Shown: one piece after another, positions 37,703 to 51,440 of the stretch
Position numbering within the stretch: position 1 is the stretch's first letter
How the letters are laid out: each line of letters opens with the position of its first letter
Assembly: GCA_965112155.1 (NCBI GenBank)
Contig: OZ218101.1
DNA length: 64,000 nucleotides
Reading direction: 5' to 3' (one strand)
Origin: Podarcis liolepis
Lineage: Eukaryota
Notes under the pieces: model-generated
Databases searched by the model: none
Told to the model about the DNA's origin: nothing
Seen by the model: the letters and a program-made list of their open reading frames with translations, nothing else
Translations under genes and position numbers: made by a program

Positions 37703-37831
37703 GTAATCCAGGGGACAACCTCCTTACTGCCTCAGTGGGATAAATGTGTAAACTTCGTGGAAAGTGCTCTCCCTTATGTTGCTGGAAGAATGTTTGTAGA
37801 TTTGCACTTCCAAGAAGACAAGAGGGATATG
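37703..37831 (+). CDS. PHEX: PHEX exon 11 equivalent, 129 nt
   Basis: caaaacag|GTA ATC CAG...GAT ATG|gtaggt; [43 protein letters not shown]. Confidence 0.97.
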
Positions 37832-39454
37832 GTAGGTGAATTTTTGTGTCTTTGAAATTGTGCTGCTGCCTTCTACATTTTCTGCCCTCGCCACCTTCTC
37901 CCTCTGTCAGTATCACACCTCCTCCTCCATCCCTCTCTCCTTCCTCATCCTCCACTGCATCCTCTTGTACCTTCTTTCTCCCCTTATCATTGCTGTCCCC
38001 TGCTCCGTGACATCCTGGTCACAGCAAGACTACCCTTCCTCAGAGCAAAGCATTGTGGGTGATGCAGCCCAGAAATCACTTGTGCCAATTACCACTTTGA
38101 TGTGATGGTGGCACAGGAAACTGCCTTAATCTGACCACTGGTGCTTTGTGGCCCCTTCTCCACTGCAACTTTAACCATTGTGTAGTATTTCATAGGTTGT
38201 CTTTAGGACTATTTGTTACTATCCTGTTTCCCCCCAGAATAGCTGGAAAGATCAAATGACAAATGAGACATTTTAGTAACTGAGAAATGCCATGATCTTA
38301 CATAAGTATGCACAGAATTGTAGAATGCTATCCTGTGAACATTTACTTGAATAAATCTCACTGATATCATTGGGGCGTATTCTTGAGGATGGATGGGCCT
38401 GGTCATAGACTAGTTGCCAGGTTGATCTCTCTTTTTAAAAATATGGCATCTTCTATTTTCTTCAGACTGCCTTTCCTTTTCCTGTGTTTTAGCTATCTAG
38501 ATGACACCAAACCATCCCCCCTCTTAGTTTGTAGAAGGTCCATGCTGAATAAATAATGAATTATGGGAAGCGTGGTATTTTTGTATTTAGTCACTGATGA
38601 GCTCATGCCCTGGATGTTTTCTTGTATCCCTCCTTTTATCAAAGAGATATTATTTGTGTCTAAATATAGCACTGTTTTTGACCTACAGTCTAGGCAGCAT
38701 TTCGTACGGCTACGCCTGAACAATTTTGATAACAACTCTGATGGTATGAATAGATTTCTCCTCCCACCCCTACTGCTACAGCTGGTGCATAAAAACCAGA
38801 ATATACACCAGGGTCCAATTGTAGAGCTAGAATATGAACTGCCAACCTCCAAGTACAGGGAGTTCACCTCATTAGTGCACTAAGTTAATTGAAACAGTGC
38901 TCTGCCATCAATATCTCCAAGTTACCTTATTCCCTGGGATGCAGTTTACTCCCGACTGTTGAATGCTTGGTCATATTTAATGCCAGGGCTGTACTGGCTT
39001 CCATATTGTATAAAAATGATGTGATATTTAAAGGCTAGTAATGAATCATGAAAATGAGATGCTACAACCCCCTTCGGTTGTTTAGATAAGGACATTATTT
39101 TCCCCCACTTAGGTCAATCTCCAAACTTTCAATCAGGGAGGTGATTCACCTGACATTACTGGCACTTCCACACAGCATTTTGTTATGGAATTGGTGCCAT
39201 TCATGCCTGGAAGCTTTGCCCAGCTTCCGCATGACACTGTCCTCATCAAAATGCCATCCCACGAGATTTTCCCATTGAATCTGGATTTATCCTTTTTGTG
39301 GAAAGTCCAATGAGTAAAAAAATGTGGAAATGGTAAATCCAGAATGGATGAGGAAAACAATGGGATGTCATTTGCTATGCTGCCTTGGAACATGGAGGCT
39401 CCACTTCAGCCATCCTGGCTAATTTGACCTATGGACAAATTTCTCATCTTTCCT

Positions 39455-39604
39455 GAATTGCTTCTGAATATCAGTTTCTGGAAACCACAGGAGGGGAGAG
39501 TGCTCCTGTGCTCGAATCTTGGTTGCTGGTTTCCCTCAGCTGCTGTGAGAACACAGTGCGGGCCTAGATGGCCTCATCCAGCATACTCATCTTACATTCT
39601 TATG
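39455..39604 (+). mobile_element. CR1 3' UTR remnant
   Basis: cttctgaatatcagtttctggaaaccacaggaggggagag...tgtgagaacacag...ctagatggcc...cttacattcttatg tail. Confidence 0.6.
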
Positions 39605-39789
39605 CTGCTGCATGTATGCTGCAGAAAACGTAACCAAGTGCACAGAAAAACGTTCCATGGAAACATCTTATTACTACTATGTATTCATATTATATTTAGT
39701 AAAATATTTTTTTATAATATTTTCATAACCATGTTCTTCCAGTTCTTAAATACATGAAGAGTAGTCTTGGAGTTAAAGGGTAGAAAATA

Positions 39790-40263
39790 CCGTATTTTTC
39801 GCTCTATAGGACGCACCCGAGCATAGAACACACCTTGTTTTAGAGGGGGAGAACAAGAAAAACAAATTCTCCCCATCTCTGCTCAGCGCCCCTTCAGCGA
39901 AGTGGCAGGAGAAACGGAGCCCCTTCCATTTCTCCTTCCGCTTCACTGAAGGGGCGTTGCGCAGCTCTCCCTCTCTGCTGAAGCTGTGAGAGTCTTCCTC
40001 TCCCGGCTTCAGCAAAAGGAACCCGAAGCAGCAGGAGGAGAAATGGAAGGGGCTCCGGAGGCTTCAGACGGCTATCCTTGAAGCCAGGAGAGCGACCGAC
40101 CCCTCTCGCTCTCCAGGCTTCAGCGAAAGCAACGCGCAGCTTCAGAGGCTTCGCGTTGCTATCACTGAAGCCAAGGAGCCTGCATTCGCTCCATAGGACG
40201 CACATACATTTCCCCTTAATTTTTGGAGGGGAAAAAGTGCGTCCTATAGAGCGAATAATATGG
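39790..40263. mobile_element. Tc2/pogo-like MITE
   Basis: 27-bp TIRs ccgtatttttcgctctataggacgcac / gtgcgtcctatagagcgaataatatgg, TA TSD; CpG-rich, so relatively young. Confidence 0.9.
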
Positions 40264-40436
40264 TAAATGGAAGGGAAACTTTGCTATGGATTCTAATGTT
40301 TATACTTTCATAGGCACCAATCCCACACTAATTTAGTACAATTAGTGACATCTAGCTGGGGACCAGATGAGCACTGTAGATGAGCATTTTGATTTGCAGA
40401 TGTGAACACACATCCAGATGTGTACATCTGTTTTGG

Positions 40437-40438
<2 letters not shown>

Positions 40439-40471
<33 letters not shown>
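40439..40471. repeat. (AC)n microsatellite about 100 nt upstream of exon 12
   Basis: About 16 AC units. Confidence 0.95.
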
Positions 40472-40474
<3 letters not shown>

Positions 40475-40568
40475 CTGCTTCTGCATGCAGAGCCCCTTCA
40501 CTGAATTGGACAGAAAGTCTTCAGAGCATTTCACATTTCTTAAGTAATTATGGTAATATTTGTTGCAG

Positions 40569-40670
40569 ATGGCAGAATTGACTGAAGGGATTCGTTGGGC
40601 CTTTATGGACATGCTGGAGAATGAAAACACCTGGATGGATTTGGGAACAAAGAGAAAAGCGATTGAAAAG
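40569..40670 (+). CDS. PHEX: PHEX exon 12 equivalent, 102 nt
   Basis: tgttgcag|ATG GCA...GAA AAG|gtaaag; [34 protein letters not shown]. Confidence 0.97.
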
Positions 40671-41762
40671 GTAAAGGCATTTAAATACATTCAATTTTTG
40701 GATGAATGGGATTATCCATCAGCAATCTGTCTGAAAAGATGTCGTACGTGTGTATATTTGCTGTTAAAATCTGTGTACCCCGTTAACTTTATCAAGTATC
40801 TTGTTTAATCTTCGTTGTTACTTGCTTCAGTGGTTTTTAGACTCTTGGTCTTACACATAAACAAGCTAATAAATTATGTGGGAAAGATGTTATTGCCAGA
40901 AAATCAGCTAGTTCTCCTACTACATTATTCAAGTCCTGGAACTGAGATTGAAATCACTGGATTGCCCCTTTATTATGCTTCTGTGATCTTGAAGGCTTAC
41001 AAGTTGTTAATACATGGGGACATGGGGGAAGATGTATCTAAAATGTGCTAAACATGTTTTGATGGACTTTTTTTAAGGGGTTGCACTTCTGATATTTCAT
41101 TGGGGTTCACATTTTCAGTACTGATGCAGGTTATTCAGTAAACATTCTGGAATATAGCTATAATGTCTGCATTCAGTTAAAGGAGAATACATAGGTTCTG
41201 ATATTTAGAAGTTGCCCTTATATTTAGGAGATTCGTCTCCACAAGGGGAGATGCCACCCCAAAATAGTATTCGTTATGAGGCCCACAGTTTATTTTCAGT
41301 CAGAAATCATATTGTGATGGAACGTAAACATTTGCGGCACAATCCTGTGTACACGTCCACTCAGAAATAAGTCTCAGTGGATTCAGTTCCCAGTGAATTC
41401 AATGGGACTTAATAACCAAATAAACATGATAGGATTGCATGAAAATATAAAAACAGTACATCCGATGGCTTTTTCTCTTGTGGTGTTTCAGTCTTTCTTA
41501 AAGACATTGTTATGCTGTCAAACTTTTCACTGGTTAACTTCTGGTTTGTGGGGATGGGGCGTGCTGAATGGGATTGTGACCTTTTTTCCAGCGCACGGCT
41601 GGTTCATTTTGTTATATATGAAGAGAAAAATAAGATATGTTTCTTCTTCTTTTCATTACTTCTGTACAAAGGTAAACAAGAGGATTTGTGGGTCTTACTC
41701 ATTCACATATTACTGTAGAGGTTGGAAAGCAGAAAGCAGAAAAGGCAAGTGATGCTGTAATT

Positions 41763-42094
41763 CAAGGGCAGGGAAACTTTTCAAACTTAAGGGCAGCATT
41801 TCCTTCTGAGTAACCATCTGTGGCCACATGCAAAGGAAGTTGGGGCAATGTATGTAAATTTTACCTTCGTACATTAGCCTAGTTTCTCCACACAGGCTCA
41901 CACCCCTCTCAATCTTGTGTCCAGGGAAGCAAGAACCATTATCTGATCTCAAGGACACATTCCAGCCAGGGGGAAAAAAGGAAATTGTGAGGAAGGCTTG
42001 TGGCATGACTTGAGGGTGTGGTCTGGAGAGAGTCCCAAGGGCCAGATGGAGAGAGCTAGAGGGCTGCATTTAGACCTGCCATTTCCCACCCCTG
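41763..42094. mobile_element. hAT MITE
   Basis: Ends caagggcagggaaac...tttcccacccctg; 8-bp TSD ctgtaatt/ctgtaatc. Confidence 0.7.
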
Positions 42095-43792
42095 CTGTAA
42101 TCCTATATCTGCTTACCTAGGACGAAAGCCCCATGAATTCCAAGGGAATTGCTTATGGAAAGATGTATAGACTTGCGCTGCAAATCGTGTTTCTCCTTTT
42201 GCTTCTTGTAGGAACAAATGGAGAGCTGGCTTGTCAGGGGTGAAAGGGATTGGCTTTTATATGAGGAAGTGGCATTCGAAATATGTGATTTTCCAGCTGC
42301 AACCCAGAAGTAACTCTTAGAATGTGCTATCTCTCTCACATGCTTAAATTAGCTCTGAGTCACAATATTTTCAAAGCTTTGTGTGATAGTAGAAAACCAA
42401 AGGAACATGGCTTGTTCACAGGTGCTCAAGCATTCTTGGAACCATTCTGTTGTAATCCTCCATTTTAAACTCTCAGGGGAGAAGCTCATCCAAATGCCAA
42501 GTGGCACATAGAATGACACGTTTGAAAAATACATGAGTACACAGAGGCAGAGGGGAAGAAATGGCCTCTTCGCCTTATTTGTCGAAGTGATTGGGTAGCA
42601 TCTTATTGGCAAATGCCCTCTGTAAAGGGGTCTTGTGTGCAAGCTGCAGCTGAGTCATTTTCCATGCTGTGCTCAGATGAAAAGAGTCGGAATCCCCCCC
42701 CCATTCAAAAACTAAAGTCCCAAACCTTTAGATTTAAATAGTGCATTACTTTCAAGAATCAATTCAAAAATGAGAGAATTGAAACATCCTACACTTTCTG
42801 AAAAAAAACCCAGTAACAGGGTATGTTTTACAACAGCAGTTGGTCATATTCATATTTTATATGGCTGCAAAATAAAAGTCTGAAAACCATGTCAGGGACA
42901 CCAGCTGGATGTGAATTTCAACCTTGCTTAAAGAAAATGTCAGGCTTGGACCTCAGAAACATGGGAAATTCATCAAGTGCAAGATTTGGGTTGGACTGAA
43001 GACAAAGGATGCAGCTCTTAGTAGTCTTACATAATCTCTTGTCTTCTCCTTCTTGACATATTTGAATTGTTGCGTATCCACAAATCAAGGTGCACACAAA
43101 GCTATAAAAAGCAGCAGTGCCTGATAATAACTTTTTGGGTGAAATGTTTAGTGCAAGGATGGTGACCCAATGAGATACCTGTCGGGTGAAAATTTCAGCA
43201 GTGAGGGATGTCTGTGTCAGAAATGTTCTTTAAGAGCTGAACTCAATGCTACATTTGCCTTTGGAATGCCACTGAACATGAGCTCCCTATGGTGAGTTCT
43301 CCTGCTCCTCAGGGTAACAATTAAAAGTGCTTGCCACATGACTTGGCTCCCTCAAGTAGCAAGTAACTCTCTCTGCATATTTGTTGCTGTAATATGGATT
43401 GGGTTGATAGATCTTTATGGAGCTGTCACACAAATGTTACTGTGAGGAAAGTAGGAAATGCTGTAGTTTTTAAGGAAGAGGGTGATCTTATTATGAGAGT
43501 CATTTAAAACTTTATAGAAGGCCTCATTATACCTGGCTGCCAGATGGCCTGTTAGAGGCAATAACATTAAATGAAACTCAATTTCCTTACTGATGCCTTA
43601 TTGCTGCGCATGTCATCTGCCGCCCCGAGTCAAGCTTGTAAACTTCCTCAGCAGGGGTAGCTACAGTTTTAAGAGGGACCCTCAGCAGGATTGTCACTTG
43701 TGGGGCTCTTCTTGCATTGCGGATCTCCAGCTGTCACCCTGGCCATTGGGCTTTATTGGCATTTTTTGAGCTTCCCTCTGGGCCATTGGTGA

Positions 43793-44132
43793 GGGACGCG
43801 GGTGGCGCTGTGGTTTAAACCTGACTTGCCGATCAGAAGGTCGGCGGTTCGAATCCCCACGACGGGGTGAACTCCCGTTGCTCGGTCCCTGCTCCTGCCA
43901 ACCTAGCAGTTTGAAAGCACCTCAAAGTGCAAGTAGATAAATAGGTACCGCTCCGGCGGGAAGATAAACAGTGTTTCTGTGTGCTGCTCTGGTTCACCAG
44001 AAGCAGCTTAGTCATACTGGCCACATGACCTGGAAGCTGGAAGCTCCCTCGGCCAATAAAGCAAGATGAGCACTGCAACCCAAGAGTCTGTCACGACTGG
44101 ACCTAATGGTCAGGGGTCCCTTTACCTTTACT
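43793..44132 (+). mobile_element. Sauria SINE, near full length
   Basis: tRNA-like head gggacgcgggtggcgctgtgg...ggttcgaatccc, body ctgccaacctagcagtttgaaagcac, (ACCTTT)n tail; TSD gccattggtga (43782-43792, 44136-44146). Confidence 0.9.
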
Positions 44133-44308
44133 TGAGCCATTGGTGAGGACCAGCCAAGCCAACTCCTAGCACACCTCTGAATGTTTTGTATGTTTTCGTT
44201 GGGTATGTTTGAATAATTTGATCTTCTTTCTGGGGAGAGAAAGGAGCTACATTCATAGGAGCAGAAGAAGCTGTCATATACTGTGCCAGACCATTGGTCC
44301 ATCTAGCT

Positions 44309-44509
44309 CAGGGGTAGGCAAGCTAAGGCCTTCTCGCCTTCTCAATCTGGCCCGTGGACAGTCTGAGAATCAGCGTGTTTTTACATGAGTAGAATGTGTC
44401 TGGGTTCTTTGTGGGGCATAGGAATTTGTTAATTTTTTTCTCCAAAATATACTCCGACCCACCACATGGTCTGGACCAGCCCACGGCTGAAAAAGGTTGC
44501 TGAGCCCTG
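44309..44509. mobile_element. hAT-Charlie-like MITE nested in a SINE
   Basis: caggggtaggcaa...ttgctgagccctg; perfect 8-bp TSD atctagct; host SINE continues on both sides. Confidence 0.85.
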
Positions 44510-47500
44510 ATCTAGCTCAGTATTGTTTACACTGAATGGTAAAGAAAAGCAGTGGTACACCTGCATCAGCCTTCATCTTCCCCAGCTGCAACAAAACATG
44601 TCTCTCCCGTATCAGTCTCCACAGCCACAGCAGGTGCTGCAACCTTCCCAAAGGCGCACCCCTCTATTGTCTCCCAAGACGGACAGATACCAACAACAGT
44701 AAAATGGTAGTGGCTCTCTGGGGTTGCGGGCACAGATTGCATGAAATTCTAAATTGCCTGGGGAGGGGCCATGTGTACAACAGGCTCCTCACTTTTAATT
44801 TACTCTCCCAAAGGGTGGGTCTTTATGGGCAGGACCAGCATGCATGTGGTGGCAAGGGTGGATCCAGTGACTGAGTTTCCCCCTCAGATGATAGCAATTG
44901 CACAAAAGGAGAGTGTCTGTAAAGGGCTTTGATCTTTGGGAATTCCATTATGAATGGACTTAATCTGCACTCCCAGGACTAATGTGAATGTTGGAACTTA
45001 CTTATGTGTTGGTTTTTTCACACCCCAAATGTTCCTGTTCTGGGTACAAAAAGCATATCAACATACATTTTTTTTAGAATGAGTGCACTGAGGGAAAACA
45101 GAATAGCATTTAAATGCAAATTTTATCATGGGTTTATTTTTTGAACCACGGATTAATGTGCAAATGAGACAAAATATCCTTATGAGTGAGGACCATGAAG
45201 AAATGGCATGGATCATATAAACAGCCTGATCTGACCCTCCCTATGTTAAAGCCAAGGTGGTTCCTGTGTTCCCCTCTCCTTTGTTGAAAAGAAAGACTAA
45301 TGAAATCTATAGCATAGGACTTTGATTGACTTGGCACTGCTGAATGTTGCTTAAAGGAATAACAGATATTTAGTACACAGTTAGCAACACCTAGCAATAT
45401 ATTTCTATGCACAATTTGATCCAGTTAAACAGATTCCAAATGCTCTTGTATTCTTTTCTCTTTTTTTGAGTCGGAGTGCAGTTCATGCACAATTCTCTGG
45501 ATGGAGCTCAAGGTGCTTCCATAGAGACTGTAGACAGCTCAATAACCAGTGGTCACCACTATGCTCCTCTGCAATGTGTTTTACATTAATTTAAGGCAGA
45601 TTTTAAATTAACAACCCATATTACTCCTTTCCATTTAAGGCTACTTTCCCACGAGGCTTGAATCAGCCTTGGCTCAAATCAAGTCTGCAACGCAAATGCA
45701 AAAGTTACATAGCCAATGATATACTTTTAATTCACTTTCCATGCTAACAGCATTATAAACATATGGCACAAAGAGCAGAGGAGACTTTTCCAGGTAGTTT
45801 TATACACAACAGACTCTCCTCAAAGTATGTGATCTCATTAAAAACAGGTTTAACCTTTTAAGAATGATTCTTATTTGCCCCCTAAGAAAGTTGCACACAT
45901 TTTAACACCTTTTATTCTGTGCAAGATTTTCTCCTCATTAACAAACCTAGGATATTAATTGAAATTAACCCTCTTCATTCAAGAATATATGTCCCTTGTT
46001 CCCCCACTCCTCTGCCTTGCCAATGGGAATAAAATTGCTGGCTATCCTCAGCACCCTCTGTGAGTTTAAGGGTGGCAGTCTGAACCTGGGAATCTGTTTC
46101 TACTTGTGCCACCCCCTTGCATGAGCCTGAATCCTAATGTCACCCTTCAGCCTCCAGAGAGTGATAGAGACAGTGATGCAGGGCAGAATGCCTGAAAAGG
46201 GTTATTGAGCAAGAATAATTCCAAATATGTCCCTACAAAATTCTTATTTTCAGTCCCCTTGACACTGAGCAAGAGATTATGTGCCAGTGGGTGTGTGCTT
46301 GTGTCTGCATGTAAACGAGGAGGTGTCCCTGTTATCACTGAAGAGCAGTATATTAAATGACTATTCTGGAGGGCAAAAATGTGAGGCTGACAACATGCTC
46401 CAATCTTTCCCCCCTCCTTCCCCATCATCACAAATTCTGTTCCTCTTTTGTGTGTGATGCATTTCACAACTGACTCGAAAGACTTTAAAGGGATATTTTC
46501 CTATAGAAGCCAATTATGTGCATTTTATTCTTCCACTTTCTGTCGGGTCTTGGCATGAACTGTGCAATGGTAGCTCAAAAATGTTGTTGTTGTTTTTAAA
46601 TGCCATTGTACCAAAAGATATAGACTCCCATTTTATCGTGTTTCTTGATTTACCACTTAAATGGCATTACTTTGTTGCCTCCTTGTCCTTTGGGTGTTTA
46701 TGCCATTGTGTGCCTGACATGCTCTGTAGCTCATTATGCCAGCTGGCCGTGGATGTACTTAATAATTCTCATCCTGGCCCAGCTCTGAGTCACCCTGTAG
46801 CCTCACAGAAAAGATGCTGAATGTGGAAAACACAATTTTCAGAAAGGGCTTTCCTTTCCCTCACATGAGACACATAGATAACAGGCTGCTCTGTCTGTGA
46901 AACTATCCTGAATATTGTGCTCCATAATAAGTGTTCCGTAGAGAAAAGAGGTAGAGATAACCCGGGATTGAGACTATGTTAATGTAGTGCTAACACGGGT
47001 CCTCCTAAAAACGCTAATTACCTGCTTTTTCTTCCAAAAGGAAAGCAAAAACCAAAGAAACACCCACCCATTATTGGGTGGCAGATAATCTTTGCAAGAA
47101 CCCAATGATTGTGCATTTCTGCTGCCTAGGCACGATAAATGAATTTTATCACTTGATTCCTCCCCAGTCATAAATGTTTCTGAAAATGTTGGTGGAATGT
47201 GAGCAATGCAGGAGGGAGAGACTCGCATGACCTACCCACTAGCTGTGTGCATGCCATACCATTAAAGCAACCCCAAAGATTCCTGTGAGCTATAGTTTCA
47301 ATTCCCAACACCCTTAGCAAACTATAGTTCCTAACCAGGCACAGAAGACAACTGTGCTGTCTTGGAATGGGGACTCAGAGAGTTCCATGAATTTCCCCAG
47401 TGCTCATGCTCTGATTGGACTGAAAGGGGGAAATCAGATGTAACAGGGCAAAAGGACCGCTTATCTCGGTGGAAGAGATGGAGACAGGCTGAATTATCAC

Positions 47501-50500
47501 AAAACTGGATTCAAACTAACTGAATCTTAATATCTCCCTTCACTGCCATCTCATATTCATATGGGCATCCCTGCTTTTTAACTAAAATAAAAATCTGGGC
47601 TGCTGCCATTTTTTAATTCTATGTCCACGTACAACAGCCATATTGTGCATGCCAGAGTGCATCTAAAATTGTGGCAGTAATTGGAGAGAACTTTGAAGGG
47701 GCATATATCCAAAGGTGGATATGAGATGTTGAAGAAGCAGTAGCAGCAGCAGCTGCCTTGAACCCCAACTGTGGGAGAAAGGTGGAATATAAATACATTA
47801 AATAAATCAGTGATAGTCCAGTAACATCTGGAGGATCACAGGCCCTCCATGTCTGCCCTATGAGTATCCTGGAAGGCTTGCCTGAACAGAGGAATTCATC
47901 TGAATGGGATGGAGCAGATATATAGGGAGCTATGGGTTGAAGAAGTTGCAGACATGTGAATCATATGAGTGGTCTGATAGCTTGGTGGGTGCTTCTACTT
48001 TTTGAAGGTCCATCTGTCTGTGAAAAGACGCAACCATAATTTGTATTATTAATTTCTATACTGATGAATGCTAAAATAGGCTTCCAAGCAGTTGTATGAC
48101 ATTTCCTGAACAAAATATGGATCTAGGATAACCAGGTGAAACACATTCCTCTTCTCTGGCATGATCTGAAACTAATCGCCAAAACACATTTCGTTATCTC
48201 TTATCTTTTGGTGTTAGATGATTTGTTGCCGTCACCTTCTGCCTTGTTACCTGGCTGCTGCCAATGCTCAGTCAGTTGTACAGGAATGTCAGTTCCGTTA
48301 ATAACCTGAGCACTGCTCAGACAGATTGCGGGAGAACCGGTGAAGGGAAAGGAAATTGTATTTAACCCTAGGCCCAAAGCTGTCATTTTATTTCCAGAGC
48401 CCAGCATAACTCCATAAGGCTAACAATTGCGTGAGATCAGAACACTTTTGGCCACTCTCATATTTGACATGGAAAAGGAAGAGAGGTGGACAAGGACAGT
48501 GCATGTATGTGCACATGGAAGGAGCTCTTATAGTCAACTGGAATGCAACAATGCACAACAATAGTTAAGCAGCCATTCTCATAATTCTTTAAAGACCTGC
48601 ATGTGACCTACTGGAGCTGCTGTCAGGACTTGGCAGCTGCTGAGGTCTAAGCCCTAGGTAGGGTTCACTGGCAATGATGTCTGGTCTTCCTGTCTCCCCC
48701 GCCATGGGCTACTCCAGCACCACACGGGCTTACAGTACCTGTTAAAGATCTGTCCAACTTTGGATACATTCTGTAAGTTTTGGGAAGCCTCTTAACCTCA
48801 CGTGGGTCAGTGTTACACCTGTGTACAAAAATCTTGCCAATCTACATAGCAACATTTGATGGGTTAATTGTGCATTTCTTTAAATCACAATGAACAGTGA
48901 GGAGGGAATCCACATAACTGAGATAAAAGCAACAGCTCATTAAACAGAAAATTTAATGGCTGCATTTTGTAATGTGAACTCCCTTCGGCTTTTGGGGGAT
49001 GAAGCTCTTGCACTAAAATATCATTCTGGATCAAGAGGAAAATTATTATTTTTTATCCTCCACCTTTGACTTAAGAGTTTACAAGACTTCAAACCCAGTC
49101 ACTTTGCATTGTACTACTTCAGGTAATGAAATACGTTACTGTTTTATTTTAGTATAAAATCTGTGTCCAATAATTCTATTATTCATTCATTTGTCCCCCG
49201 CCCCGGTTTTCTGCTAGCCAGAGTAAAAGATAGACAAAACACCCCAATACATAAAACGTCTGCACAATTTTTTAAAAAATAAGAACCAACAATACCAGTG
49301 TGATTCTTTCTCTTATATGCTCAGCATATAAAACAAACATCCCAACTGAGTATAATACAGATGATGACTCAGTACTTAACACCAGGACAGATTTTTCTTT
49401 TCTTTTGCCAGCTACGTATTAATATGTTTAACAGCTCTGGCTATTTCTCTCTTAAGACCTTCTGTAGCAGACATTTCCAGATGCAGTATCTTAAAACTTC
49501 CACTCACATGGGTGCTATTTAGTTTGAACTCTGCATTCTGTGCAAGATATATTGAACAAGGTTTCTAATCGCCTACCACATTCCTCCCAGTGTTTGGAAC
49601 AAATAGAGTACCAGCCATATGCATGCAACAGTTTTAGCAGATGGTATTCAGATAGCCTACTTTCCATGAAAAATGAAAACACAGACAGACATGTACATAA
49701 AGAGTCAATTCATTGTTGCAATTAAAGGGCCCATTACAGAGCGATGAAACAGTCTTGCTTTCAAACTAGATTTTATGCTAATTTCCCCAGTAAATTTATT
49801 TATTTATTTATTTTAGAATTTAAAAATTGCCCATAAAAAGAGACAATTATGTATGCATACATCACATTATATCATTTGTGATTATTGTAAAAAAGTGTTG
49901 TTGCAATAGGTTCAGGTTGTCAATGCATAGTGATCTATATGCGCCCTCTTAAATGGTCATAATAAAATGCAATGTTGTACAGCGAGAGTTGAGATTAATG
50001 CCTTTTAAAAAATTCTGCTTTGAACATAACTCTAATTTATTGCTAGTGCAGGGATCTTTTTTAGTACAGGAATAGTTTCAACAAGCCTGGATGTGAAAGC
50101 CTACAATGCCCAGTTGCTGATCCTGGAGACCAAATTTAGATATTACATGTGGGATCTGCAATTAGGATTTGCCCATTGAGATTTTTGTTGCAGTAATTAG
50201 TAGGCATGTGGGGCGCTTTTTTTTTTTTTGGAAGACTGGGGAAGTGGCTATCTGTAGGAGAGGGTCTCTAACCCTTTCCCAGTATACATCACAAACAATG
50301 CTCATCCTGAACTAACCAATAATTTCTGGGATTTTGTCTTTTATAATTCTGAAATTTTGACATATTTAAATGAAGGTATGAAATGATTAAAATAATGGCC
50401 AAAAAGAACAATTTCCTCTTAGAGGGCTTCCCATATTCTTTTTCTTGATGGATGATAGAAGTTAAATATTAGCAGCACAGTGCAGAAAAGGCTATGCAAA

Positions 50501-50679
50501 GAAATGAGAAATCCAAGAGAAATTAATACCCTGTTGAAAGTCTTGTGCCTTATCTCTTGTGTCAATAATGAGTTAAGATGCTATCTTATACTACCATGAG
50601 CCAGATTAGTCTGGGTGCTGTTGTCAAAACTGTTCTCCTCTCCTGTGTGATGTAAATGGTGATATGGTGGTCTTTGGCT

Positions 50680-51068
50680 GTTGTTGTTGTTTTGTCGTTT
50701 AGTCATGTCCGACTCTTTGTGACCCCCATGGACCAGAGCACGCCAGGCGCTCCTGCCTTCCACTGCCTCCTGCAGTTTGGTCAAAATCATGTTAGCAGCT
50801 TCGAGAACACTGTCCAACCATCTCGTCCTCTGTCGTCCCCTTCTCCTTGTGCCCTCCATCTTTCCCAACATCAGGGGCTTTCCCAGGAGTCTTCTCATGA
50901 GGTGGCCAAAGTATTGGAGCCTCAGCTTCAGGATCTCTCCTTCCAGTGAGCACTCAGGGCTGATTTCCTTCAGAATGGATAGGTTTGATTTTCTTGCAGT
51001 CCATGGGACTCTCAAGAGTCTCCTCTAGCACCATAATTCAAAAGCATCAATTCTTCAGCGATCAGCCT
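50680..51068 (-). mobile_element. RTE-BovB LINE 3' end
   Basis: RVPWTARKSNLSILKEISPECSLEGEILKLRLQYFGHLMRR...LMLGKMEGTRRRGRQRTRWLD...AWRALVHG; (CAA)n tail; TSD tctttggct (50671-50679, 51069-51077). Confidence 0.92.
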
Positions 51069-51440
51069 TCTTTGGCTAGATTACCCAAATGAATGAGAAA
51101 GGTTTTAAAGGATTCTGCTTAGATTCATAAGCCATTATTTCCCAGTATATATTGAGGTAGCCTGTTTAATAGCTGTTTTCCATATCGCATCTTCAGTTAA
51201 GACAAAGATATTAAAATCCTTCCTATGACCAAAGTCACAACACGGAAAGGATATATGTATACCTATATAAATTACACACTGGGGTACCAAGCCAGAGATG
51301 GTTCAATTCTTGGTAGGCCCATATCTCCCTTGAAAGCAGACATATTCAATGACATATCCAGTGCTGCCTTTGAGATTTTCCTCTGGCATCCACTCAGTGT
51401 CCCTTTGGTTATGAGGTGGTTACCCTCTTCTTCCTTACCC

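Noticed and set aside
42648-42666. NFAT:AP-1 composite site (tggaaaatgactcagc on the - strand)
   Set aside because: The AP-1/ARE core is perfect, but the spacing to GGAAA is not the canonical composite spacing, and single short motifs are expected by chance in 64 kb.
47022-47179. Minus-strand exon-like segment (ttttcag|...cag|gtaatt) in intron 12
   Set aside because: Isolated, with no phase-compatible partner or homology; it shows how often pseudo-exons arise by chance.
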